64,000 nt of DNA from the human T2T-CHM13v2.0 reference genome, Homo sapiens (GCF_009914755.1 NC_060934.1), one strand, 5' to 3'. Positions 16,173 to 33,542 are shown, counted from the stretch's first letter. Numbers and translations: made by a program. The notes: generated from the letters alone by a model not told the origin.

Positions 16173-18399
16173 TGTTCTTTGTCCATTTTAAAAATCAGGT
16201 TACTTGTTTTCTTGCTATTGAGTTGTTTGAGTTCCTTTTATATTTTTTGATATTAACCCCTCATCCAGGTATATGATTTGAAAATATTTTCTGCAATTTC
16301 CTAAGCGTATCTTCACTGTGTGGATTGCTTCTTTGGCTCTGCAGAAGCTTCTTAATTGGAAACAATCCCATTTGTCTATATTTTTTTTGTCTATTTTTAA
16401 GCTTTAATTATCTGTGCTTTTGGGACCATGTTCAAAATATTTTTGCCAAGAGTAATGTCAAGAAGGCTTCCTATGTTTTTCTCTAAGAATTTTCAGGGAT
16501 TACCTTTAAGTCGTTAATCCATTTTGAGTTTATTTTTGAATATGGTATAAGATAAAATTTCATTTTCATTCTTATGCATGTAAATATCCAGTGTTCCTAA
16601 CAGTAGTCATTGAAGAGGCTATCCTTTCCTTATTGTGTGTTCTTGCCACCTTTGTTGAAGATCAATAGACTCTATGGTTATGGATTTATTTCTAGTCTTT
16701 CTATTTTATTTCATCAATCATATGTCTGCTTTTGTGCTGGTATCATGGTGTTCTGATTACTATGGCTTTGTAGTTTATTTTGAGATAAGATAGTGTGATG
16801 CCTCCAGCTTCGTTCTTTTTGCTCATTATTGCTATGGCTATATGAGCTATTTTGTGGTTCCATAATTTTAGGGTTGTGTTTTCTGTTTCTGCTAAAATGC
16901 CATTGGCATTTTGATAGGGATTGCATTATACCAGTAGATCACTTTGCGTAATATGGACATCCTGAGAAAATGAATTCTTTTAGTCCATGAATACAGGATA
17001 TTGTTCCATTTATTTGTGTCCTGTTCAACTTTTTTCATCAATGTTTTATAATTTTCAGTATATAGGTCATTCACTTCTTTGATTAAATTTATTCCTAAGT
17101 ATTTTATTTTTCATAGCTATTATAAATGAGATTATTTCTTGATTTTGTTTTTAGATAGTTCACTGTTAGTGTATAGAAATGCTGCTGATTTTTGTATGTT
17201 CATTTTGTATCCTGGAACATTCATGAATTTGTTTGTTATTTCTAATGGGTTTTTGGTGGAGTCTTTGCAGTTTTCTGTAAGAACTTGTCATCTGCAAACA
17301 GGGACAATTTTACTTATTTCTTTAAAATTTGGATAGCTTTTATTTCTTTCTCTTTTCTAATTTTTGTGGCTAGGACTTCCAGTATTATGTTGAATAGAAG
17401 TGGTGAGTGTCGGAAACCTTGTCTTATTTATTGTTCTAGAAGAAATGCTTTTGACTTTTCACTAATGAGTATGATGTTAGCCATGGGTTTTTATCTAACT
17501 TCTTTATTATGTTGAAGTACATTCAATACTTAATTTGTTGAGCATTTTTTCAATCATGGAAGAATGTTGTATTCTGTCAAATAGTTGTTCTACATCTACT
17601 GATATTACGTGATTTTTATTTTTCATTCTCTTAATGTAGTATATAACAGTTGTTGATCTACATATGTTGGACCATTCTTGCATCCCTAGGATAAATCTTA
17701 CTTGATCTTGATGAATGATTTTTTTTCATTAAAGGATTATTGAAATGATTGAGTTTGTTTCATAATATTTTGTTGATTTTTTTCATCTATGTTTATTAGA
17801 GATATTGACTGGTAATTTCTTTTATCTTAGTGTTCTTTTCTGGCTTTAGGGTTAGGGTAATGCTGGCCATATAAAAATGAGTTTGGAAACATTTCCTATT
17901 TTAATGTTTTTGGAAAAGTTTCAGAAGCATTAATATTTATTCTTCTTTAAACATTTGGCAGAATTCAGCAGGGAAGCCATCAGGATCTGAGCTTTTCTTT
18001 GATGGTAGACTTTTCAATATTTATTTAATCTTCTAAATTGTTTGATTCTGTTTATATTTTCTATTTCTTCATGATTCAGTTTTGGTAGATTGTATGTTTC
18101 TAGAAACTTACTCATTTCTTATAAGTGATTCTATTTGTTGATATAAAATTGTGCATAGTAGTCTCATAATCTTCTATGATATTAGTTGTAACACTTCTTT
18201 AATTTTCTTTATATGAATCTTTTTTGTGTTTTCTTAGTTTAGTTAATGGTTTGTCAATTTTGTTTATCTTTTCAAAGGAAAAAACTCTTAGTTTCATTGA
18301 TCTTTTTTATTTTTTTCTAGTTCCTATTTCATTTATTTATTTATTTATTTTGCTGTGATTTTTATTATTTCTGCCTCCCTTCTGCTCACTTTGGACTCA

Positions 18400-18545
18400 A
18401 CTTTCTTTTCCTTCTCATTCTCCTTCTCCTTCTCCTTCCTTCCTTTCCTTCCTTCCTTCCTTCCTTCCTTCCTTCTTTCCTTCCTTTCTTCCTCCTTCTT
18501 CCTTCTTTCTTTTTTTCTTTCTTTCTCTTTCTTCTTCTTTGTTTC
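18400..18545. repeat. Polypyrimidine simple repeat (CCTT/CTTT)n
   Basis: About 145 bp of almost pure C/T. Confidence 0.9.
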
Positions 18546-20273
18546 TTGAGATCTAAAGTTAGGCTGTTTATTTGAGAACGTTCTTCTTTTTTGAAGTAAC
18601 CATTAATTGCATAAATTTTCCTATTAGTATTGTTTTGTTCAACCCATAACTTTTGGTAGGTTGTGATTCCATGTTTATTTTTGTCAAGACATATTTAAGT
18701 TTCTCATTTGAATTATTCTTTTTGTTTAGGAACAGATAGTTTAATTTCCACATCTTTGTGAATTTTCAATTTTTCCTCCTGTTACTGATTTCTAATTTAC
18801 TACCATTGTGGTTGGCAAAGATGCTTGATATGATTTCAGTCTTCTTGAATTTTTAAGACTTGTTTTGTGGTCTAGCATATTATCTATCCTGAAGAAAGTT
18901 CCTTGTGTGTTTGAGAAGAATGTGTATGCTGTTGTTGTTGAATGGAATGTTTTTTATATGTCTTTTAGGTTCATTGATATAAAGTGTAGGTCAAATCCAA
19001 TGTTGTTTTTTTTTTAATAGACATTTTATCTGGATGATCTGTTCAATGTTGAAAGCAAGGGTATTCAAGTCCCTTACTATTATTTTATTGTAGTCTATCT
19101 GTCTTTTCAGATCTATTAATATTTTCTTTATATATATAGGTACTCTGATTTTGGTGCATATATATTTATAATTGTTATATCCATTTAATGATTTGATCTT
19201 GTTTTTATTACCTAATGACCTTCTTTTTGTCTACTGATACATTAGATTAAGGTCTGTTTTGTCTGATATAGCCACCCCTGATCTCATTTGGTTATTCTTT
19301 GCATGGAATATCATTTTCCATCCCTTCACTTTCTATGTATGCCTTTAATATTAAAGTTTGTCTCTTATAGGGAGTCTATTGTTTGATCACTAAAAAAAGT
19401 CCAGTTAGCTAATCTGTGTCTTTTTATTTGAAAATTTAATCCATGTAAGTTTAAAGTAATTACTGATAAATATTTAATCTTGCTATTTTGTTAATTGTTT
19501 GGTGATTGTTTTGTAGTTCTTTTGTTTCTTTCCTCCAACCTTGCTTTTTACTTTGTGTTTTGTTGTATTTTTATAGTGGTATGCTCTCATTCTTTTTTCT
19601 TTATCTTTTGTGCATGTACTAGAGGTTTTTATTTCATGATTACCATTAAGCATAAAATATAATATTCTGATTTAAGCTAATAATAACTTGAATTTAATCA
19701 CCTACAAAAACTATGCTTTTTCACCTTTCCATTACATTTTATGTAATTGATGTCAACTTATTTTTTATATTGTTTTTAGAAAATGTATTATGACTATAGA
19801 TACTTCATTACTTTTTTCTTTTAAATTTTATACTACAGCTAAAAGTGATTTATATACCACTGTTACTGTATTACTGTATTCTGAATTTGACTATAGATTT
19901 ACATTTACTAGTGAGTTTTATATTTTCATATTTTTAATGTTGTTACTTATCATACTTTCATTTCAAATTGAAGAATTTCCTTTAGTATTTATTGTAAATC
20001 AGGTCAAGTGGTGGTGGACTCTCTTAGCTTTTTGTGTGTCTTGAAATGTGTTTCTCTCTATTTCACTTCTGAAGGACACCTTTGCTGATGTAAAAGTCTT
20101 GGTGGTGTTTTTTTCCTGTAAGCAATTTGAATACATCATCCTTCTTCCTCCTGTTTTATAAGGTTGTTGTTTTTTTTAAAGGGGGTAGGGATTTCCATTA
20201 ATAGCCTAATGGAGATTCCTTGATATGTGATGATTCTGTTATCTCTTACTGCTGAAGATTCTCTGCCTTTGAC

Positions 20274-20641
20274 TTTATTTATTTATTTATTTTTGAGACA
20301 GGATCTTGCTTTGTTGCCCAGGCTAGAGTGCAGTGGTGTGATCATAGCTCATTGTAACTTCAAATTCTAGGTCAAGCAATCCTCCTGCCTTGGCCTCCCC
20401 AAGTAGCTAGGACTACAGATGCATGCTACCACATCCAGTTAATTTTTTTAGTTTTTGAAGATATGGGGTCTGGTAGCTAGGACTACGGATGCATGCTACC
20501 ACATCCAGTTAATTTTTTTAGTTTTTGAAGATATGGGGTCTCGCTATGTTGCCCAGACTGATCTTGAACTCCTGGTCTCAAGCGATCCTTCTGCCTCAGC
20601 CTTTCAAAGTGCTGTGATTATAGGCATGAACCACCCAGTCC
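20274..20641 (-). mobile_element. AluJ with an internal 70-bp tandem duplication
   Basis: Diverged AluJ features (atcatagctcattg, ctcgctatgttgcccag). 20403-20471 is repeated at 20473-20541. Confidence 0.88.
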
Positions 20642-21121
20642 TGTTTTTGACTTTTGACAATTTTATTATATTTTGTCACAGAGTATTTTTTGGATTCATC
20701 TTACTTGAGATTTTTTTAAGTTTGGAAATCTGGATGTCTGTAACCTTCCCAATATTTGGGAAGTTTTCAGCCAGTATTTCTATAAGTAAACTTTTTCTCC
20801 CTTTGTCACATCTTCTGGTGATCCCATAATTCATATGTTTTTATGTTTGATGGTGTCACATAGATTCCTTATGCTTTCTTCATTTTAAAAAGAATCATTT
20901 TTTGTTTTTCTAACTGGTTAATTTCAAATGATCTATCTCTGAGTTTGCTAATTTTTTTCTTGTGTATGATTGAGTCTGCTGTTTAAACTCTCTATTGTGA
21001 TTTTCATTTCTGTCATATTCTGTAGCTCTTGGATTTCTATTTTGTTCTTTTTATTGTTTACATTTTCTTATTAAGCTTCTCATTTTGTTCATGCATTATT
21101 TTTATAATTTTATTTAATTGT

Positions 21122-21459
21122 TGGTATGGTTTGGCTGTGTCCCTACCCAAATCTCATCTTAAATTGTAGCTCCCATAATTTCTCATGTTGTGGGAGGGAC
21201 CCAGTGGGAGATAACTGAATCACGACGGCAGTTTTTCCCATACTGTTCTTGTGGTAGTGAATAAGTCTCACGAGGTCTGATGGTACCCCATTCACTTGGC
21301 TCTCCTTCTGTCTTGCTGACACCTTGTAAAAAGTGCCATTCACCTTCCACCATGATAATGAGGCCTCCCCCGCCATGTGGAACTGTAAGTCCATTAAACC
21401 TATTCTTCTTCGCAGTCTTGGGTATGTCTTTATCAGCAGTGTGAAAATGGACTAATACG
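21122..21459 (+). mobile_element. Solo THE1-family LTR
   Basis: TGGTATGGTTTGGCTGTGTCCC...GGACTAATACG, TSD ATTGT/GTTGT. The TATA segment is deleted. Confidence 0.88.
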
Positions 21460-23781
21460 GTTGTCTATCTATGTTTCCTTGCATCTCATAAAGCATCTTT
21501 AGCATCATTATTTTGAATTCTTTTTCAGGCAATTTGTATTTCTCCACTTTTGGGCGTTAGTTACTGGAGCTTTTGTGGTATCATATTTTTCTGACTTTTT
21601 CTTAACTATATAGCCTTGCACCAGTATCTGTGCAGCTGAGGAGCAAACACCTCTTCCAGTCCTTACAAAATTTGACAGTCTGTATATGTCTTTATAAGTC
21701 CTTCTCCTGTTGGGTCCTTGGGCTGATGGAATTGCCTCTGAAATTATGGTTGAATGGAATTGGAGTTGGCTCATGTGGCTGATGCTGTTTCTGTGGTAGG
21801 GTCTGAAGATGATGACACTGCTACTGGGGCTCTAGCAAGTATGAATTCTCTCCATTTCCTAGGTGGACTGCACTCTCTCCAGGACCTTGGTTGGTAGGGC
21901 TTACACTGAGATGAGGGTTCAGAGTTAACAGACATTTGGTCTGTGGCCACATATATGGACTACTGTGGCTTCTTCTGCATTCTTGTAAGGGCTGCCACTG
22001 GATTTCTGGGTGGGTCCTTTAGCAGACAGACAGCACTTCCCTGGTCTGTATCCGAGATGGACTGGGACTGAGTCACAGAGCTGCTTCAGGGTCTACACCT
22101 GAGGCCAAGGTCTTCATATCTGTCTCTGGGATATCATACGTGTGTGTTTACTAGCACGTTCTTTGGTGGGTACACCTGCTCTCAGATTGTAGTTGACAGG
22201 GGATACAACTGATTTATAGGGCTGTTTCAAGATCCACAGTGGGACTAATGTCAGCAGGTTAGCCTGTAGGGGCAGTAACAGACACGCCCATCTGTAGGTC
22301 CCTGGGAAGGCAGAACTGATTTCAGGCTGCAGTCAAGATGAGCCAGGCCCAAGATCCAGGGCCATTTCAGGTTCTACTGTGGAACTAAAGTTGATAAGCC
22401 TGTCCTGGGGACTCAGATGGGCTTGTTTCCCAGTGGTGCCCTGACTAGGCAGAACTGTTTTACAACTGTAAATAAGAGATACTGGGACCAAGATCCAAGG
22501 CTGTACCAGGATGTGCTGTTGGACTGAGTCTGACAAGCTTCTCACAGTGGCAGAGGAGTTAGTCTCCCAGCAGTTCCCTGTGTGTGTGTGATTGTTTCTA
22601 GGCCACAGCAGAGAGGGGCTGGAGCTGAGATTGGGGACCTGTTCAGGATCTGCTTTGGGATAAGACCAACAAGCCTGTCACAGTGGCACAGATCAGCAAG
22701 TCTCCCAGTGTTTTTGAAGCATAGAATTTTAAATTATAGGGTATTTGAACTTTTGTCTTTGTTAGAATTCTTACTATATTTGAAATCTAATCTATAACAT
22801 ATCTATTAAATTTCTTTAAGTATAATTATGCTGTAAGGATACAAAGAAAATTAAATTTACATGATATCCTAACCTCTAGGGGTTGTTACAAGTATATGAC
22901 AGTTGATGATGATGCAAGCAAGGAAATAATGATATAGCAAGGGATGGGCATAGGAACATAAACTGATTTTGAAGCAGGTACTACCATTGGCTACTCTTTG
23001 GTTTTATGTTTCTAAAGTGTTTTTTTTTATAAACAACTTCTTTCAATAACTTTTTTTGCATCTTTTTTTATCCTTATTGTTTGGTTTTGCTTATAAGTTG
23101 ATACTGCAACTTTATATTCTAGGGGGCAGAAATATGTTGGCCTCATTATGTTCCTTTAGTGTATATCTAGAATATAAAATCATCATCATATATAAAATTT
23201 TAAACAAAGGCCACTGTATAATGCCTTCATAGGTGCTGGTTCAGCATAAAAGGATAGCCACAAATGCTGACAACAACAGAATAATTTCAGCACTGTCATG
23301 AAGTATAAATTTTAAACAATTGAATTTAAAATGCATTTGTGCTATTTTACTCTGAAATACAGTGCCACAAGGGAATTCTCTCAAAATGAGCTCACAAAAA
23401 GTTACCGTCTTAGAAATTATTGAATTTACTGTACAATGGTAATTCTTTTAAGAAATGTGGCAAGCATAACTAGTATCCAGTTTTGCCATAACAGATAAAT
23501 GAAAGGTTTATCCATATTTTAAGATATTAATATGCATCGTTTTAGTGTAACTCTGAATATGACAGTATTAATATGAAACTTTGCAGATTAATATTAAAAG
23601 ACATCATGATATATTCATTATTTTTGAAGTTACATATTACTAATATATCACGGTGTGTCTTTACTACTTGATGACAGTTTCCTTTATTCCCTGCAGCTCT
23701 CTGCCTTGTGTTTCACTCTGTAATTCTCACATCTTATGTTCCCACAGCTAATTCTACAAACTTAATGAAAAAACTGTGTAG

Positions 23782-24116
<335 letters not shown>

Positions 24117-24339
24117 AACTTTATATATACCTTTATGTAAAAATGTCTTCTAGTAGAAAAACAGGTTCTTAGAAACCTTTCTAGTACCAAAAGTAATTTT
24201 ATGTATGCATATGGAGATGTGTGTATTTATTTTAATCATCTGTTTTTTCAAAGGTAATAATCATAAGCAATTAGCAAGAAACTTAGTGTTCTACAGTATT
24301 TCATAATACGGCAAGTACTGATGATTTTTCAAACATCTC

Positions 24340-27330
<2,991 letters not shown>

Positions 27331-28439
27331 TTAAAACATATGTTTTAAAAAATGATAATTATGACCGGGTGAGAAAATCTTCATATCTTTGTGGGTCTGT
27401 ATGGTTTGTGTCTGTATGTAATTTCAGAAAAGTAACATGCATGCTAGATTAACTATGTGTATAGTTAGATATTTGTATATGTGTATAAGACTTGCAGACA
27501 TTTTCCCTTACTGCGTTTATGTTTGTAAGTTTATATTTATAAAATTGAATATAATATCAATGAAAAATTTCCAGTTGTGCTATTGGCATAAGATTGATAC
27601 CTTTCCAAATCAAGGGTCCCATAAGAAAATTGCAAAATTCAGCATCGAATATATCATACTTGGTGCTGCTTCCAAAAATATACAAATATTCAGAAATATA
27701 TTTTAAATTGGATATGTGAGGCACCTATCACAAAATGTCATTTATAACAAATTATGCTACTTTACAAATTAAGATAATAAATATTTGTTGACAAAATAAA
27801 TGAAGTAAAGACAGCATGATGTATGTTCAAATACTGTAAAATTTAGTTACCTTTTCCAAATACAGACTCAGAAAAAATGCAGTTTTGTTTATTTTATGTA
27901 AGTTTTACTTTCTTTGATGCCCTTTAAGTAATTGCACTTGAGCTGACTTGATATCAACTGAGAAGCAAGGAAAATATCAAAAAGTAACATTATTTAAAAT
28001 ATATTATTTTGCGTTTATAAATAGGCACAATTTAACAGTACAGATCTTAAAATTAAAATTATTTAATTAGTATTATCTTCATTTCATATTTGAAAAAGTG
28101 TGAGTTTGTGTCATTAAAGCACTAAAAGATGCAAAACCTATGCAAACAAATGAAAGTAAATATATTAACTTTTCTCAATTCCCTACCAAGGAACATCATG
28201 TTGTCATAACTATATGTATTTTATCTTCATAGAATTAGTTATAAATAGTAAATGCATGTTCTTTAAAAGTGCCCTTAGATAAATGTTGTCAAATTCTCTA
28301 TATCCAAGAAATCACTACCACAATCAAGATAAACATTTTTTTTCACCCCAAAAGTTTCCACTGTATCTCCTCCCCATCACTTCCTCACCTGCCCCAAGGT
28401 GCAGCCAAATACTACTTTTTAATTTCTTTTGGTCACAAA

Positions 28440-28765
28440 TATAAGGGTTTTTTTTTCTTTTAAGAAAATATTTTATGCTTTATGGGCCATTCGGTCTGTG
28501 TGCAGCAGCTCAACTCTGCTTCTATAAAATGAAAGCAGTCATGTATACTATCTAAACAAATGAATGTGGCTGTATTCCAGTAGAACTTATTTCATATACA
28601 CTTAAATTTGAATTTCATGAAATTTTCATGTTATGCATTTTTTCTTCATTTTTTTTTCTTCAACCATTAAACATTTTAAAAATCTACCCTAAGCTCATGG
28701 GTCATACAAAAGTAAAAGACAAGCTAGATTTGGCTCATGGGCTATAGTTTGATGATCCTTGCTGC
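28440..28765. mobile_element. MER58B-like DNA transposon inside an old L1
   Basis: aaatatttt...ctcaactctgc...aaatgaatgtggctgtattcca...gggctatagtttg matches the MER58 layout. Confidence 0.7.
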
Positions 28766-30327
28766 AGACTGTATTTGTTATTTCTAAAGTTTTGCATACA
28801 TAAAATTAAATAGAACTTTCGTTTCTGATTTCTTTCACTCAGCATTTTTAATTTCTCTTTTTTTTTTTGCTGAGTAGTATTTTATTGTCTGGATATACCA
28901 CATTTTGTTTATTCCATCACACCTGGTTTTTTTCTAGTTTGTAAGGAGCAATATTATTTGTTAATATTGTTACTTACAATATTAGTGTTAATATTTATGT
29001 GTTTATATTTATGTGTAAGTGTATGTGTGCATGTCTTGCATTTCTCTTGGGTAAATACTTTAGAGTGGAATTGCTTTTTGTGCTATCATAAATTTGTAAA
29101 CGTATGTGTCACCTTATAGGAAATTGTCAAACTGTTTTTCAAAGTAATTGTATCATTGCATATTTCTGTCAGAAATTTATGAGGATTTTAGTGTTTCATT
29201 TTATTGTCAACATTTAGTGTCGTCAACCTTTTTACATTTTAGCCATTATAGTATGTGTTTGATGGTATGTCTTGTTGATTTACAATTATATTTGTCTGTT
29301 GGCTAAGGACATTAAATATCTTTTCATGTGTTTATTAGCAAGTTGTCTATCTTTTCTGCTTGTGCGTATGAAGTATCTATTCAGATCTTTTGTCCACTTT
29401 TAAAAACTGGGCTATTTTTCTTCTTTCTGTTAAATTTTAAGAAGTCTTATAATATTTCACATAGAAGATCTCCCTCAGATATATGGATTGCGAATATTTC
29501 CCTCAGCCTATGACTTCACTTTTCATTTTATTAAGAGTATCTTCTTATAAAACGAAGATGTTTTAAAGTAGATAAATTATATGTTTTTTTCTTTGATATT
29601 TTATACTTTTTGTATCACGTACGTGAAATCTTTACCTACCCCAAGGATGCAAATATTTTTTCTCTGTTTTTTTCTTCCAGAAATTGTATAGTGTTAACTC
29701 TTACATGGAAATTTGTGATTAATTCTGAGTAAAATTTGTGTGTAATGTGAAGTTGTGATACTGGTTCCTTTTTTCTCTTCCAGATGTCCAGTTGTTCTAG
29801 CACCATTTGTTGAAATGGCAATTCTTTTCTCATTGAATTACTTTAGCACATTTGTTGAAAACTAAATTGATGGAATATGTGTAGGATTGTTTCTGTCTTC
29901 TCTATTCTGGTCCATTGATCACTCTCTTTGGCCTAATGTCATTACCAAACTTTCTTAATTGCTATGGTTTTAAAGCACATCTTGAAATTATGTCTTTTAA
30001 GTCTTCTGTCTTCGTCTTTTTTAAATGCTTTTTTTTTCTTCATGTTTTAAGATGTATATAAGTTTTAGAAGTAGCTTGCAAGTCTCTACAAAAATAGCCG
30101 GCTGGAATTGTATTGAAATTTTATAAAATTTGTTGTATAAATTTTGGGAGAAATGATACTTTACCAATACGTAATTTTCTAATTCATGTGCATGGCATAT
30201 CTATTTATTTAGATATTTAAAAATCCTTTCAGTAGATATGGTTGTCGGTGTATAGAGCTTGCTCATATTTTGTTAAATTTGTCTCTAAATATTTCACAAC
30301 CTGTTGCTAATAAATGATATTAATGTT

Positions 30328-31401
30328 TGCGGCAGCGCTCCTTTCACGGGGGCACCAGCTGCGGGGGGTCTGTCCCTTGCAGATCCTTGACCTGGCGACG
30401 GATGAATAATGTATACTTGACCCACAGATATTCTGCTTTGCCAATCCAGTTGAGGGTGTTCAAGCTGCTTACAGACTCCCCACTGAGTGCTGTAAACAGT
30501 TGTGACTGCCTTGATCAGCTAGTGAGACTCGCATTTATTCAGTAAGACTGATTAACAAAGGCTTGAGTCAACACCAGTAGAAGGTAACTGACATTGTGGA
30601 CTTCTCCTCCAGTAAAAAGCACTTAAGCACCCAAGGTACATCAAAGGTTAGTCTTTTTTTTTTATTTTTATTTTATTATTATTATACTTTAAGTTTTAGG
30701 ATACATGTGCACAATGTGCAGGTTAGTTACATATGTATACATGTGCCATGCTGGTGTGCTGTACCCATTAACTCGTCATTTAGCATTAGGTATATCTCCT
30801 AATGCTATCCCTCCCCCCTCCCCCCACCCCGCAACAGTCCCCAGAGTGTGATGTTCCCCTTCCTGTGTCCATGTGTTCTCATTGTTCAATTCCCACCTAT
30901 GAGTGAGAACATGCGGTGTTTGGTTTTTTGTCCTTGCTATAAATCATGCTGCTATAAAGACACATGCACACGTATGTTTATTGCGGCACTATTCACAATA
31001 GCAAAGACTTGGAACCAACCCAAATGTCCAACAATGATAGACTGGATTAAGAAAATGTGGCACATATACACCATGGAATACTATGAAGCCATAAAAATGA
31101 TGTCCTTTGTAGGGACATCATGTCCTTTGTAGGGACATGGATGAAATTGGAAATCATCATTCTCAGTAAACTATCGCAAGGACAAAAGGTTAGTCTTAAG
31201 ATCAGATGAGTAAACAAGCTAGCTAGGTAAACTACTATGCCGTCCTTTGTTGCTGCTTTAATTTGTTTAAAGGTAAAGGGACCAGGCTGCCTTTAGCCAG
31301 TTCTATTACCGAAGCTATGCAAACTTCTCGGCCTTTCAAGATTTGTGTGTCTCTATAACTATCTCTGATATTTTTCCTACCAGCCTGATTGAACCCCTAC
31401 A
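30328..31401 (-). mobile_element. Solo LTR22 (HERV-K HML-5) interrupted by an L1
   Basis: TG...CA termini; the minus strand starts TGTAGGGGTTCAATCAGGCTGGT. Perfect 6-bp TSD AATGTT at 30322-30327 and 31402-31407. Confidence 0.8.
30656..31184 (-). mobile_element. 5'-truncated, 5'-inverted L1PA3-type insertion (twin priming)
   Basis: 3' end on minus at 30656-30937, inverted ORF2-end segment on plus at 30938-31184. 13-bp TSD AAAGGTTAGTCTT at 30643-30655 and 31185-31197. Confidence 0.9.
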
Positions 31402-33227
31402 AATGTTAATTTCAATTTCTAGTTGCATGTTATTACTCTATTAATATAATTGTTTTCTATTGAGGTACAATTCAGGTAACACAAAATTATTATGAAATCC
31501 ACAATCCAGTGGCATTTAGGACATTCACAGTGTTGTGCAGCCAACACCTGTATCAATTTCCAGCCATTTCCATCACTGCAAAAGAAAACCCATAACCATT
31601 AAACAACCCAGCCCTGGGCAGCTACAAATCTGCTTTCAGACTTTATGGATTTACCTGTTATAAATAGCTCCTATAAATTGAATCATGTAATATGTAATCT
31701 TTTGTGTTTGGCTTTTTTTCACTGCATATTTTTTTAAGATTCATCTATGTAGCATGTATTAGTACTTTATTTCTTTTCATTGCTGAATTATATTCCATTG
31801 TATGGATATTTTATCATTTATAAGTTGATGGGCCTTTGGGTTGTTTCCACTTATGGCTATTGTGAATCTGATCACTCGTATCACTACTGTAAATCTACTA
31901 CTTATGTTATGATATATAGTATCGTCATCATCACTTTTGAAGGAAATTTGTGTTTATTATAAATTTTTAGTTTTATTGTGTGATTAAGTGTTGTTACCAC
32001 TTTGTGTAAGGTACTGATGTTTTCCTGTGACATAATGCATGATTATGTTTTGTGAATGTTTTATGTGTAGTGGGAAGAAGGCGTATTCTTTAGTATCAAG
32101 GCATAAGCCTGGAATCTATTCAGCTATCTTGTTATAATATCTAACTTAGTGATTATTTTCTTTAGGCCTTTTACAGTTTTTCATATTTTATATCTACTGT
32201 TTTGTACTAAGAGTGGTGTGCTGGTTTCTACTAGGTGTGGTGTGCTAAAGTCTTTCTATTTGTCTCCTTACTCCTTATGTCTTCTGTGATTTTGCTTTGT
32301 AAACATAGTTGCTTTGTTATTTGTCACTGAAATATTCATAACTGTTATATATTCATGATGACTTTTAGCTTTGGTACTAAAAAGGTCTTTGTCATATTTA
32401 ATGCTTTTTTGGTTTAAGTTTTATTTTAATTTAATTGATACCAGGTTTGTAATCTCTGCATTCTTATTGTTTCCATTTGCCTGGTAAACCTTCTCTATCT
32501 CTTATTTTTAGTTTTTCTGAGTCACTTGGTTCTAAATGTGGCTCTACTTTAGAGCATGTAGTTGGTTGTGCTTTATGAGACAAAATAGATAAGTTAAGCC
32601 TATTCATCTTCATTGTTATTATTGATAGGTTATTTTTTCTCATTTATGTTATATATACACATTATTTATAATGTATATCATATTATATTTGTTGTGCTTA
32701 TTTCTCTGTGATGTGTTTCTCTGCTCTTTAATTAAAAAATAATATTTACATTTATGGAGATTTGTAATTTTGTTCCATTACTCACCTTTGTTTTTATTTA
32801 TGTTTTGAATTTTATTTTTAATTTTAATTGACAAATAATAATTATATGTATTATATGTTTGTGGGGTAAAATGTGGCATTTACATTTTGATATATGTTTT
32901 CATTTTGGAAGGATGAAACTAAGCTAATTATTTTTGTGTTAATAACATTTAAAATCTACTCTTAGTAATTTTGAAATATATATTCTGTCCAGTAGATTAC
33001 TAAAGCTTATTCCTCCTAACCGAAATTTTGTACTCTTTGATCAACCTTTCTTCTTTCCCCTTCCATCGCTCCTAACCCTGGCTTGTGGTAATCATCATTC
33101 TACTTTCTTCTTCTATGAATTTGATATTTTTTAGATCCCACATATAATTGAGATCATGTAGTAGTTGTCTTTTTGTGCCTGGTTTATTTCATTTAGCATT
33201 AATTCATCTTGTCTTTTTAAAAGCTGA

Positions 33228-33529
<302 letters not shown>

Positions 33530-33536
33530 TCAAATG

Positions 33537-33542
33537 TGTATG

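Larger units (their letters stand above)
28200..31870 (-). mobile_element. Old L1M fragments hosting MER58B and LTR22
   Basis: Degraded ORF2 peptide at 29636-29833; L1M 3'UTR motifs. Confidence 0.55.
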
